From assembly GCA_028534125.1 (NCBI GenBank), contig CM052817.1, positions 35,900,001 to 35,964,000 of the forward strand: a DNA stretch of 64,000 nucleotides, in the 5' to 3' direction. The notes under the pieces were generated by a model. It made no database searches. It was not told where the DNA came from and saw only the letters and a program-made list of their open reading frames with translations. Below, one piece after another: positions 51,582 through 64,000 of the stretch. Source of the stretch: Lama glama (lineage: Eukaryota). The first letter of the stretch is position 1; every line of letters begins with the position of its first letter. A program made the position numbers and the translations under genes.

Positions 51582-54500
51582 AGGAAAGTCATTTACTTTT
51601 GGAATGATAAAATTGTGTAAAACAATTGTAGTGTACCACAGTACATTGCATGATAAAAAGATAAATTATCTCTTAGTTACTGAGAACTATGTTTTATAGC
51701 TTTTTTATGACTTTATTTAAAATAGGACTTAAAAGCATCATTCTCAAATTATCCAGGTTTTTAACTAGGGCGGTATGATGGGACAGCTGCAAACTATATA
51801 ATAAATATCAATAAATTTTAAGAGATTTGGGAAGGAAATATTCAGAGAGAAGAGCTTGGAATTTACATTTTCTATACTGAAACATTTCTCTACTAAAACA
51901 AGACTCATCGCAGAGTAGAATATAAAATTTGGGGGCATTCTTAAATGTAAAGCTTGTGACTTGGAAGAAATTCGGTGCTTTGTGCAATTGGCTTCCGGCC
52001 CCAAATCCTCCCACGATTCCACGTCCGTTCCCTGCACTGGGAGGAACGCGGTGTCGGTCGTGCCCCCAAGCACAGCGCCTCTGTTCCCTGCAGGGGCGTG
52101 GCTGCTTTTGACAGGGACTGATGGCAGACACTTCAGACCACAGAAGCCCGTCAGGTGTTTTCACTGACAAACAGCTCTCGCTCAGGTTACTAGGTGTGTA
52201 GATGGCAAAATGATGCTTTGTTGTGAAAACTGAAGAGCCAGGTTTGCGTTCTTACCTCGTCTTGTAGGTGCGCTCTTGGTTTTGGAGGAAGACAGCAGCA
52301 GGAAGGTGAGGTTCCAGAGGACAGCTCTGGTTTTGTTCAAATACTTCAAGAAACAGTCTAAACATGAAGGTGTTACATGTCGCATGGCAGGAGGATGGGC
52401 CCTTGGCCTACAGAATCCTGAGGCCAGATGTTACTGAGTTAGAGCTTTGACAGGACTCATTTACATACTCAGTATGGAAGAAGACTGGATCCTGTAGACT
52501 GAGATACACACAGATTTGTAGGTAATTCCTTTAATATCTTAAAGAGGGTTGTTCAGAATTATTCATTTGGATGCCAAAGTGTGACCACCTAAAATAACAT
52601 TTTGGTTTTGACTTAATCAGTATTCTGACCCTTCAGCCAACAATGATTGCATAGTAGCCTCTTGAGGTTACTCTTACATAAAATAATTTTCATTTTCATT
52701 TTTAATTTTAAAATTATTAAATAATATATTTATGTGGTTCAAAATTCAGAGGGGTGTTCAGTGAAAAGTCTCTCCCTCGAAACCCTGTCCCCTGACCATT
52801 CATCCCCTCCCGGGGATAATATTATTACACTAGTTTCTAGTATGTTCTTACAAAGATATTTGATGAGTATATAAGCATACACCGGTATGTTCTTTTCCCC
52901 CTTTTAACATCTGAATTAGAGGATGCTTTTCTTCTACCTCTCTTTAGCACACCTTAGTTATGCTTTGATAGGATGTATTCAGGTAATGTAAAACTAAATG
53001 TTTTAGTGGAATAAATCAGCCATTCTTAACCAGGGATGTGATACAGACACTAGTGGCATCCTTACAGAATACCGCACATTGGTGGTGCCCTATATTCACT
53101 GAATCAGAATCTTGACAAGGCAGTCTAGGGTAGGGGACCGGCCCTATATTTTAAAAGACTATGTGGTTAATTACTCTGTGAACAACCAGCAGCCCCTTCC
53201 TGTATTTGAAACTATCATGGTAATAAACCAGAGGGCCTGTGTGAGTTGGGAGAGTGGTATGATGTTTGAAAGCAAGATACTTCAATTAGTTTTATATGTT
53301 TTGTAGTTCAAGTCCACAAATATTTATCGTGTGCCTGTGATACAGTATGCATACGACAAATTTGTATTGTGTACCTACAATGCAGGAGGCACTCTGCCAG
53401 GTATGGGATATAGGGATGATTGGTTATATAATTAACTGCAGGTAGGTATTGTGGTCACACTTGGCTATTTAATGTATATGTAGATAGTTAACAACTTGAT
53501 GTGAGGGAAACCTTTTATTATAAAGGAATTTTAGGACAGAAAGGGTTTATAAAGGCCTATATTAACGCCTTTTAAATGGATTGCAGACTTTTTCTTTGAA
53601 AACCAGTATGTGTGTGTATTTTTTCTATTCAAAGAAAAATCTTCTAAGTTACTAGTTATTTAAAAACAGTCTGCAGACCATGTTACTGGGTTCCTTCTAG
53701 CTTAGCATGAAGATACTGTGGGATCTTTACATAGTGTAGGATTCTCCACTCACCACCAGATGGCAGAATATGCTTACATATTGTCACTCCTTTTTGGGCC
53801 AGTGTGCCAATAAGAAAAATTCTGACTTCTGGCATGTTTAGTTTCTATTGATACATTCACACACTTATACACGTATTCATCAAATTTTGAAATAAATATT
53901 TCAACTGTACAAAAAAGTAGCTGTCAATGTAGATGTTATTTTTGTCATTGCTGAACCAGTATTAAGTTGCTGTTCATGACAATTAACCTGTATCACATGA
54001 AGAGAAATATAACAGAATCTCAGAAATGTATGAGAGTAACTCCATAAAGCCTTTTAAATATCTCACCCCTCTGAACATTTCTGTTATAATCATTCCCTAA
54101 AAATTTAGAGGTCATATACTCTGGTAAGCCTCATGTGGGTATTGTATTTATTATAAGTTCATAATGAGCTTTTAAAAACTGTACGGATTCTTTTTCCCAG
54201 AGGGTAATAGAGCCATGTCCGGGCGTTATGTTCTCCTGATTTAAAATTACTAAGCATCCTAAATGTTGCTTTGGCGAGAGATACTCCTAAGGGAAGAGAG
54301 TTATGCAAATAAATGGGAACAGGAGCAGAAAAACATGGTTGAGAAGTACTGATTTCAGTGACTTCCATTTATAGCTTCTCTTCCTCTAGTAAAGTCCAGG
54401 GGGATCAAGAGCCTTGAAGACCAAAGCCAGCTCTTGGAGCTGGGGAGTTATTTTCGAATAACTGGAAGTATATTTATTTGAGGGAAGGGTCAAAAAACCT

Positions 54501-54825
54501 TATTGGAAGAGGGAACCTCAGGTCAAAGCTAGAAAAACACAGTGAAACCAGATCCAGGGGCATTTGCTGGGCCAAAAGCAGACTTGGGAGCTGGGTAGAT
54601 ACAAGGCTATGATGTAAAATTCTAAATCTGCAGGATTTGGGCCTTGGCCAGGAATGAGATTCTCTTTTATTGGGTGCTGTCCGCTTGATGCCAGTATGTG
54701 TTTCTGAAGTTACAGATGAAGCTTTGTAGAGTAGAGGAGACACCTTGAAAGCTTTAAAAATGACTAAGCTGAAGCCTCCCAGTAGTAGGTGATACCCTGC
54801 AGTATTAAAGGGAATGGCTTATCGC

Positions 54826-55385
54826 GTTAGTTATCTGTTGCTGGATAACAGATGACCCCAAAACACAGTAGATTAAGACAGCTTACTATCTCACAGCTTC
54901 TGTGGGTCAAGAATCGGCACAGCTTAGTTATGTCTTCTGTTATAAGGTCTCTTTTTAAGGATGCAGTCGTATCAGCACTTGACTGGCTCATGCCCCTGGT
55001 TGTCTGCAGCATTCAGTTCCTTGTGGGCTGTTGACCTGAAGGTCTCAGTTATTCACTGGCTGTGGTCCAGATACCACTCTCAGTTCCTTGCCACGTGGAC
55101 CTTTTTATCAGGTAGCTGACAAAATAGCTGATTCATCAGAGTGAGCAAGCAAGAAGAGCGAGAGTGAGAAAGAGAACACAGAAGCGAGCAGAGTGGCTGT
55201 CACAGTCTTTTATAACCTAATCCAAAAGTGAGATTAGAACCTAATCACATCATTTCACCATATTCTCTTGCTTGGACGCAAGTCACTAGGTCCAGCTCAC
55301 ACTCAAAGGGGGAGGGGATTACACATGGGTGTGGATACAGAGGGATGTGGATCATTGGGGCCAGTTGAGAAGCTGCCTAGCACAC
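54826..55385 (-). mobile_element. MaLR solo LTR (MLT1E/F-like)
   Basis: ttagttatctgttgctggataac...tctcacagcttctgtgggtcaagaatc...cagttccttgccacgtggacc...gctgcctagcaca. Confidence 0.8.
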
Positions 55386-55559
55386 ATACTGACTGGTGTC
55401 TCCTCTGGTTACATGATGCCGTGGCCATACTGGTTGTTTAATATTTTTTAATATCATCTCTGGTTTCACAAAATGTTGTCAAAATTGGAGCTACAATTCA
55501 TGTCAATTTTTGTTACTCATATTCTTCATAACCAACTACTATGTGTATGTAGGAGAACG

Positions 55560-55685
55560 TGAACATCTTACCAGACTACAAACTCTGTGAGGATCTTAGT
55601 GTTTGAAGTTTTTTCTCATGGTTGATTTTTTTGTTTTAGGACCTAACATAATACCAGGTACTCACTAAATATTTGTTGAATTAAA
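55560..55685 (+). mobile_element. L2 3' end
   Basis: gactacaaactctgtgagg...aggtactcactaaatatttgttgaatt. Confidence 0.55.
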
Positions 55686-56517
55686 GGGTTCATAAAATGT
55701 TTTATCAAATTACAAAGTAAAATGAATCGGCTCCCTTTTTTCTTTAGAAAGAGCAGTACAATTAGGAGGAAAGAGAAAGGAGCAAAGGCTGATACGAACA
55801 GACACATCCTGTCTAAATAAGTCTAATAGGCTTCAATACTTCCGTCACCCTCAGATTCACCATTAGGATCTCAACAGGGGAGGGGCGGGTCGAGTGCTTG
55901 GGTCACTCTTCCCTTAGATTGTTTCTCACACTGTCAAGGTTCCTCCACTCACGTGATGCTCTGTCTCCTCAAACCCAGCACAGTGGGCTGGAAATCCATC
56001 ATCCTCTACCCTAAACCAGTCCCCCTTCTGCCTGCCCTGCGCCTCCTTTGCCTCGTCACTTACAGTGCTTTTTCCTGGGTTCCTAGTTTTCTAGGCATTA
56101 GAGTTACCTTTCAACCCTTCTTCCCTTATTTCCCTTTGGTACTAAGTTACCAACTCATCTTGATTCTCTCCTTTTCACTTCCCTCCGTAACCTGTCTAAT
56201 TGCCTTATAGTAGATTGCAGTCCCCCTAAGGCAAGCTCTCTGCCCTCTCCTTTCTTGACTTCTTAGCTAGCTAGGTCTTCCTTAAACCTCGATTATATTG
56301 TGTCTCCCCACCACCCCCGCCCCACACACATACACTTAATGCTCCAATGGTAGATTATGATGAAGTTTTCACTCTTTGCCTTGACATGCATGGCCCTTTA
56401 TTTACCATTTCTTCCAAAGATCACTCTTTGACCTTCAACACTCCATATTTTCATCTGCCTTCATATTTTTGTGCCGTCCAGTCTCTGCTTCTCAGTTCAT
56501 GTATTTGTTTCTCTTTG

Positions 56518-56676
56518 TAAGGGGTCGATCAAGGTTTTGTGAGTCCTGATGCTTAATCCTTTGGGGGCCCTCTTTGAGAAAAAGAACACAAAGTGAAGAA
56601 TACAGAATTAGGGACAGAGCACTGGAAGGGGTCTTGAAGTTTACACTGCATTAGCTTCACAGCACATCAGCCCCAG
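56518..56676. mobile_element. MER53-like hAT MITE
   Basis: ggttttgtgagtcctgatgctta...gggggccctctttgagaaaaagaa...cattagcttcac...gcccc. Confidence 0.6.
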
Positions 56677-57245
56677 CCTTTCGGTCTTGCCTACACTTTA
56701 GCCAAGGATGATGCAGCCATCTCTGCTGACCCCAGCCAACATGAATATTCATAAATCTGTTGGCTAAAGACAAGGGTTTTGTCTTACACTACTTCATAGT
56801 CTCTGAGTCTTATACTTTGAATTTATCGATTACTAAAGAACTGTTACTTCTTCATCAAATTATTAAAAGGTAATCACATGTAATTAAGGAGTTTTTTATA
56901 TATATGTTATTTTTTAAAATAGTTGTTCTCAAAATGCTAAACTGCTCTTGGAGCCCAGAGGAAGTTTCTGTAATGTGTATTCTACGTTTACATGTGTCCT
57001 AACCTTATTTTTAGAGGTCAGCTTTTATAACAATCATACAGTCTTTTTAGTGGATACGTAGTAGATGTGAAAATTTATTATTCTAAGAAAACACTCTTCA
57101 TAAATTGTGAAAGTCCTCCAGTGCTTGGTAAGTATTCGTAGAATCCTGTCCTGAGATTTATGGGTTTTAGTGACTGTCCTTTAGAGTTTGGATCTGTCTG
57201 TGAGAGACCTCGGTTATTTTCGGTGCGCCTTCTTCGCTGTTCCAG

Positions 57246-57455
57246 GGCTCACCCAGGAAGGCCTGTTCAGGGTGAACGGCAACGTGAAGGTGGTGGAGCA
57301 GCTCCGAGGGAAGTTTGAGAGCGGAGTGCCAGTGCAGCTGGGGACGGACGGCGACGTGTGCTCCGCCGCCAGCCTGCTGAAGCTCTTCCTGAGGGAGCTG
57401 CCCGAGAGCGTGATCCCTGCCACGCTCCAGCCTCGGCTCATCCAGCTCTTTCAGG
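57246..57455 (+). CDS. FAM13A: FAM13A coding exon 3 (GLTQEGLFRVNG...ASLLKLFLRELP...QLFQ), RhoGAP core
   Basis: Acceptor ttccAG (57244-57245), 210 nt, donor G|GTGAGT at 57456. Phase 1 matches exon 2. Contains the EGLFR arginine-finger motif (AGG at 57269-57271, R81 counting from the exon 1 ATG) and the LLKLFLRELP box. Confidence 0.96.
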
Positions 57456-58343
57456 GTGAGTGCAGTGGCTCCTGCCAGAAATCAAAGCAGTTTTACTCTT
57501 TAACTAAAACCAAGCTTTGAAATATTTGCGGTTTCTGCATAACCACCATCTTGCTGTTTTACTCCAGGTCCTCATCTTCTACCCTAAAATAATACTAAAC
57601 TATTATGAAATACCATTATTAAATGTAATTTCTAAGACTGTTGGTATATGAATGTGTACATAACTAATATTGAAAAGCCCTGATGCTTTTGGGCCAGAGA
57701 AAATCTTTTCTGGCTACCATAGAAGTACTAACAATAAGGCATTAGATTCTATGTAGGAAATATTAATTAATTGAATTGTGTTTGGTTAGTGACCTTTGAG
57801 ACTGAAAAGTCACTGGTGTGCTTTCCTTTTCTTATAAGCAAGACTGAGTCCTAAAATAGTACTCGTTTTACATAATTGAAGTTAAAAGCTGATTTTTAAA
57901 GGTCCTTAAACATCTTTTTTCCATTGAGGTATAGTTGATTGCAACATTATATTAGTTTCAGGTGTAAACCATAGTGATTCAGAATGTTTATATAGTATAT
58001 GCCATTTAAAGGTATCAAAATATTGGCTGTGTTCCCTGTGCTGTACAATATATCCTTGTAGCTTATTTATTTTATACATAATAGTTTGTACTTCTTAACC
58101 CCCTACCCTTACCTCTCTTGCTCCTTCTCTCCCTTATCCTCACTGATAACCACTAGTATGTTCTCTAAATCTGAGTCTGTTTTTTTTAATTGTAGATACT
58201 CATTTGTTTTAATTTCTTTTAGATTCCACATATAGGTGACAAGACACATCCTCTGACATATTTCACTAAGCATAATACCCTCCAGGTCCGTCCACATTGT
58301 TGCAAATGGCAAATTTTCATTCTTTTTTGTGGCTGAGTAATAT

Positions 58344-58348
<5 letters not shown>

Positions 58349-58426
<78 letters not shown>
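58349..58426. repeat. Compound microsatellite (CT)21(CA)18
   Basis: Counted directly. Lies inside the host L1. Confidence 0.95.
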
Positions 58427-58427
<1 letters not shown>

Positions 58428-58709
58428 CTTCTTTATCCATTCATCTTTTGGTGGACTCTTAGGTTACTTCCATATTTTGGCAATTGTAAATAATGTCACT
58501 GTGAACATTGGAGTGTGTGTATCTTTTTGAATTAATGTTTTCATCTTCTTCAGATATATATCCAAGAGTGGAATTGCTAGATCCTATGGTAGTTCTAAGT
58601 TTTAATTTTTCATACTGTTTTCCATAATGGCTGCACCAATTTGCTTTCCCATCGACATTGTAGAAGGGTTTCCTTTTCTCCACATCCTCACCAACATTTG
58701 TTATTTGTG

Positions 58710-60332
58710 GGGTTTTTTTGTTATTATTGAAGAATAGTCAGTTACAATGTGTCAATTTCTGGTGTACAGCACAATATCCCAGTCATGTATATATGTACAT
58801 ACTTGTTTTCATATTCTTTTTCATTAAAGGTTATTGCAAGATACTGAATATAGTTCCCTGTGCTATACAGAAGAAATTTGTTTTTTTAATCCATTTTTAT
58901 ATATAGTGGCTACCACTTGTAAATCTCAAACTCCCAAATTTATCCCTTCCTATCCCTATCCCCTCCATAACCATAAGATTGTTTACTGTGTCTGTGAGTC
59001 TGTTTGTTTTGTAGATGAGTTCATTAGTGTCTCCTTTTTTTTCTTTTTTTTAAGATTCCACATATGAATGATACCATATGATAGTTTTCATTGTCTTTCT
59101 GGCTTACTTCACTGAGGATGATGATCTCCAGGTCCATCCATGTTGCTGTGAATGGCATTATTTTATTCTTTTTAATGGCTGAGTAGTATTCCATTGTATA
59201 AATATACCACAACTTCTTTAATCCATTCATCTGTCAATGGACTTTTAAGTTGCTTCCATATCTTGGCCATCATATATAGTGCTGCTATGAACATTGGGGT
59301 GCATGTATCTTTTTGAATTAGAGTTCCCTCCGTATATATGCCAAGGAGTGGGATTGCTGGATCATATGGTAAGTCTATCTTTAGTTTTTTGAAGAATCTC
59401 CATACTTTTCCATAATGGCTGCACCAAACTGCATTCCCACCAGCAGTGTAGGAGGGTTCCCTCTTCTCCACAGCCTCTCCAGCACTTATCATTTGTGGAG
59501 TTTTTAATGATGGCCGTTTTGACTGGTGTGAGATAATACCTCATCATAGTTTTGATTTGCATTTGTCTGATAATTAGCAATATTGAACATTTTTCATGTG
59601 CCTGTTGGCCATTTGCATGTCTTCACTGGAGAATTGCTTGTTTAGGTCTTCTGCCCATTTTTGGATTGGGTTTGTTTTTTTTTTTTTATTAAGTTGTACG
59701 AGCTGTTTACATATCCTGGAAATTAAACCTTTGTCAGTCGCATCAGTTGCAAATATTTTCTCCCATTCTTTAGATTGTCATTTTGTTTTGCTTATGATTT
59801 CCTTTGCTGTACAAAAAGCTTATAAGTTGAATTAAGTCCCATTTGTTTATTTTTGCTCTTATTTCTATTGCCTGGGTAGACTGCCCTAGGAGAACATTGC
59901 TAGGATTTATGTCAGAGAATGTTTTGCCTATGTTTTCGTCTAAGAAGTTTATCATGTCTTGTCTTATATTTAAGTCTTTAAGCCATTTTTGAGTTTATTT
60001 TGGGATATGATGTGAAGGGAGTGTTCTAACTTCATTGATTTACATGTGGTTGTCCAGTTTTCCCAACACCAGTTGCTAAAGGGACTATTTTTTCTCCATT
60101 AGTATATTCCTTCCTCCTTTGGCAAAGATTAATTGACCATAGATCTGTTTATTTCTGGGCTCTCTATTCTGTTCCATTGATCCGTATGCCTATTTTTGTG
60201 CCAGTACCATGCTGTTTTGATTACTGTATCTAGGTAGTATTGTCTGAAGTCTGGGAACATTATTCCTCTAGCTTCATTCTTTTTCTTCAGAATTGCATGG
60301 TCTTTTGTGATTCTATACAAATTTTAGGATTA
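58710..60332 (-). mobile_element. Younger 5'-truncated L1 (about 1.6 kb), nested
   Basis: 12-bp TSD ttgttatttgtg (58698-58709, 60333-60344). ORF2 C-terminal peptides include [13 protein letters not shown] and KKLWYIYTMEYYSAIKK. Confidence 0.88.
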
Positions 60333-60346
60333 TTGTTATTTGTGTT

Positions 60347-60409
60347 CTTTTTTCATTGACGTACAGTCAGTTATAATGTGTCAGTCTCTGGTGTACAGCA
60401 CAATGTCCC
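60347..60409 (-). mobile_element. Very short L1 3' terminus (about 63 bp), nested
   Basis: 10-bp TSD tatttgtgtt (60337-60346, 60410-60419). The body matches the L1 3' terminus (gtcagttataatgtgtcag...ctggtgtacagcacaatgtccc). Confidence 0.8.
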
Positions 60410-63400
60410 TATTTGTGTTTTTTGACAAATAGCCATTCTGACAGGTGTTAGGCAGTATCTGATTGTGGTTTTCATTTGCATTTCTCTAATGATTAGTAAT
60501 GTTGAGTGATGTCTGTAGGCCATCCATATGTCTTCTTTGGAAAAATGTCTTTTCAGATCTTTTGCCCATTTTTTAATCAGTTTGTTCATTTGTTTGACTC
60601 TGAGTTATATGAGCTGTTTATATATTTGGAATATTAAGCCCTTACCAGTTATTTGCAAGTATTTTCTCCCATTTAGTAGGCTGTCATTTCATTTTGTCAG
60701 TGGTTTTCTTTGCTGTGCAAAAAGCTTTTAAGTTTAATTAGGTCTCATTTGCTTATTTTTGCTTTTGTTTCTTTTGCCTTAGGAGACATTCAAAAAATAA
60801 CCTGCAATTTATGTCAGTGTTTTGCCTATGTTTTATTCTAGGAGTTTTACATTTAGATCTTTAATCAATTGGAGGATATAAAATATAACAGATTTCTGTA
60901 TATTAATTTTGTATTCTGCAACTTTACGAGATTCATTGATGAGCTCTTGTAAAATTTTTGGTGATGTCTTTAGGATTTTCTATGTATAGCATCAAGTCAT
61001 CTGCACATAGTGACAGCTTTACTTCCTCCTTTCCAGTTTGGATTCCTTTTATTTCTTTTTCTTGACTGATGGACTGGTTGCTGTGGCTAGGACTTCTAAT
61101 ACTACGTTGACTGAAAGTCGTGAAAGTGGGCATCCTTATCTTTTTCCTGATCTCGGAGGAGATGCTTTCAGCTTTCCCTGCTGAGTGTGATGTTAGTTGG
61201 GCTTATCCTGTATAGTCTTTTTTATGCTGAGATTCGTTTCTTCTGGGACCACTTTGTGGAGAGTTTTATCATAAATGGATGTTTGAATTTCATCAGAAGC
61301 TTTTTCTGCATCTACTGAGTTGATCATACAATTTTTATTCAGTTTGTTAATGTGATGTATCACATTGATTGTATTATGAAATGATTTTAAATGAATCTTC
61401 ATTTTTAAAGGTAATAACTTTAGGTAAGGTTGAAGTAGCACCAGGGAGAGCTCCCTGCCAACTCTGCTTTGTCAAGACTTGATGCAACTAATGTTCTTTT
61501 GTCTTCAGTAATTCAGATCTCTTCTGTCTGTACCTAGGGTGGGTCTTGATATTTTATAAAACACTTCAGCCTGTCATGCTTGATCTTTTGTCCTGAAATG
61601 AAGAAGCACAATCTTCAACTTTCTAGGAGCCTTCTGTGACTGACTAATGCTCCTTCTTTACCTCCAGATGAATTTGGGACTTAGCCCAAATGCTTCAGAT
61701 GCTCTTAGCTTGGTAGGATCTGATGATCTCTTTGTGGGGGCTTTATTAATTGTCTATCTCAGAGAATTAGCTATTTATTGAAGAAAGAAGAGAGACCCTG
61801 ATGTGGCATCTTGATAATGGATCCATTAATAAAAATCATGGAAGTCAAGAGGGGAAGATTGTGGGGCCAAGATGAGGAGCTCATTTTAAATGAATAAAAT
61901 GAACATCAGTGCTTAGGAGAGGGGTATCCAGGTTGAAGATGTGAACTTCGTAGTCATCTTTGTAGACTTATCAGTGTTCTTACATAGCATCCTGAGTGAG
62001 CATCCTTATGTTTAGACAATATTATAGCTGTAAACAGATGACAGCAAGTGAATTTTATATACCATTCATCAGGATTTAAGCGCTTGTTCTTAAGTAATTT
62101 TATTACCCACAGTAAAATTCTTCATCTTGCCTTTGATGTATTTTCCTTTATTTAAAGAAATATTTTTGTCAAACTAATACATCCATATGGTTTTATTTTA
62201 AAAATCAAATAAAATTGAACGATTTACATGGAAAACCCCTACTCACCCTCTGGCAGCCCTTATTTTCTTTCCCAGAGGAGATTAGTTTCACTTGTCTAGC
62301 TGTTCTTTTGATACTGGCTTCCATCTGATAATGTAATGTTAAGCTTGATTTCTCATTTGCAAACAGTCTCTCATTGCTTCTGCTTATGAAATATGCAGAA
62401 TTAGCTCTTTACATTGCTACTTACTCCAATATTGTCACATCACAGTTTTAGCTGAATTCATAGCTCTTTGCCTTGTTACGACTGTGTGGGGGTGTGACGT
62501 GTGTGAGATCTGTTGTCTGGAGTTAATATGTGTCATAGGTTGTCACTCACATAATTTCCTATAAGCCTGTCTGCAGTTTGTTTTGTTTTTCCAAATTGCT
62601 CCAACAAATCCACGTGTACCTTTTTTTTTTCAAAATATCAAATAATTTATCAATTCTTTATTTCTGGGGGGATTCCTGTTGGCCCTTTTACTTCTTTTCC
62701 CACCTGAGCCGCAGTAGTAGACGTCACTCAAGCCTCCTCCTCCAGTCTTCCTGGACCCGCCGTTTCCTGCCATCTCTTTTCATCTATTGTGTTGGACACT
62801 CAGCAGGTCCCTTCAACCTGGAAAATACTGTCTTTTGGTCTTGGAAATGTACCTGTGCTATCTTTCTTTTGTTGTTCCTTGAGATGTTTGATCGTTATCT
62901 TTTAATTCTATTTTTTTGTGTGTGAAATTTAATCAACTTTATTTTCCAACCTTGTTTGTGTTTAAAATGGTAGCTTTCCAAGTTTAGTATCCAGTATATT
63001 CATGCTTTTCCTTTTTCAAAGTGTGTTGTTTTGTTTTATAGCATTCCAGTCTTACTCTTATCTTTCTGAGAGACAAATAAGGCTTTTGAGCATGTTTTGT
63101 TTTGTTTTGTTTTCTTCTCCCTATATTCCTGTTCATGGGATTTCTTTTTGTCTCTCTTTACTTAAACACATGAGGATCTTTGGCTGCTGTGATTTAAGAA
63201 TGACATTTTGTATATGGACCAGAGGGCTTGTCTACTGTACTTCACTTTAGGAGAATGAGGTAGTGGGGACAGAGGGGAATCTAGCTGTTTCATTTGGGGA
63301 CCCAAAATGTCAATATTTTTCTCTCCAGCTGTGGAGTCCCTCAAGACAGGAGTGGGAGGGAGGTGGGAAGTATGCTAATGGCCCCGTTATTTCTTAGCAC

Positions 63401-64000
63401 ATTTTCGCTGATCTTCACATTTTCAACTGTGTTCCTTACTCTGGCCCTTAGCTAGGTCAGATTGCAAGCATTCACTGATGCTACTCAGAGACGGCCGCTC
63501 CGCATGCTTGCCTGCCTGCCCGCCTGCCTGCACTCTCGCCTGGTGCGCCCTGGAGCAGACCGGCTTTCAGTCTGTTTTCAGTCACTTCCATCCACTTCCA
63601 AATGGCTTTGAAATTCCATCTCCTTCTGTCTTCTCTGCTGTTCTTTTTTTTTTGCCCTGAGGTGCTGATACTTTTTAAACATGATTTTACTGCCATTTTA
63701 CTGGGATCTGGGGAAGAATATGTGATCAGTCTGTCTCTTTAAATGGACATTTTCCTTTGCCTTCTGCCCCACCCCCCGCCCCATACTTGATTTTAAATGG
63801 AATAGAAATTTATGATAGCAGCTGTGCAAACACTATGCAAGTTAAGTGCCTGTGAATTTTACCTTATGAGCATTTGATAATTTAGACAGCAACTGTTTTT
63901 CTTAAGAAACCAGCCTAATAATGGGACCATTTTAATCAGTACAATGCCTACTTGTAAAGAAATCTAATTTAACATACCGACTTGGGGTTGAGCCTTGTGC

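Larger units (their letters stand above)
57915..61375 (-). mobile_element. Host L1 (3' UTR and ORF2 3' half) carrying two nested L1 insertions
   Basis: L1 ORF2-like peptides ([42 protein letters not shown], the RT motif region). The host sequence resumes at 60410. Confidence 0.9.

Noticed and set aside
57188..57520. Standalone 110-aa RhoGAP mini-gene
   Set aside because: Canonical splice sites and matching phases show it is an internal FAM13A exon.
58109..61441. Cluster of minus-strand ORFs
   Set aside because: L1 ORF2 remnants and microsatellite-derived peptides.

Overview
This is mammalian genomic DNA (AT-rich and repeat-rich), most likely from a camelid. That call rests on a young tRNA-Ala-derived SINE, cetartiodactyl-type L1 3' ends, and no recognisable Bov-A, PRE or Alu SINEs. 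The window covers the TIGD2-FAM13A head-to-head locus. TIGD2, a domesticated pogo/Tigger transposase (525 aa, uninterrupted CDS at 3194-4771, minus strand), lies downstream of a CpG island at about 5.9-7.2 kb. The first three coding exons of FAM13A (RhoGAP isoform) are on the plus strand at 25645-25671, 49922-50111 and 57246-57455; the gene continues beyond the window. The rest is L1, L2, MIR, MaLR/ERV LTRs and hAT MITEs, plus a 500-N gap. I found no convincing new multi-gene system. The best second-look items are: the D-D-S broken triad of TIGD2; its apparently L2-donated poly(A) signal; signs that the TIGD2 island also drives FAM13A; the uORF arrangement in the FAM13A leader; extreme GC3 in exon 3; a candidate poison exon; a twin-primed L1; and two L1 insertions at one target site. 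Repeat subfamily names come from recalled consensus patterns, not a database search, and boundaries without TSDs are approximate.
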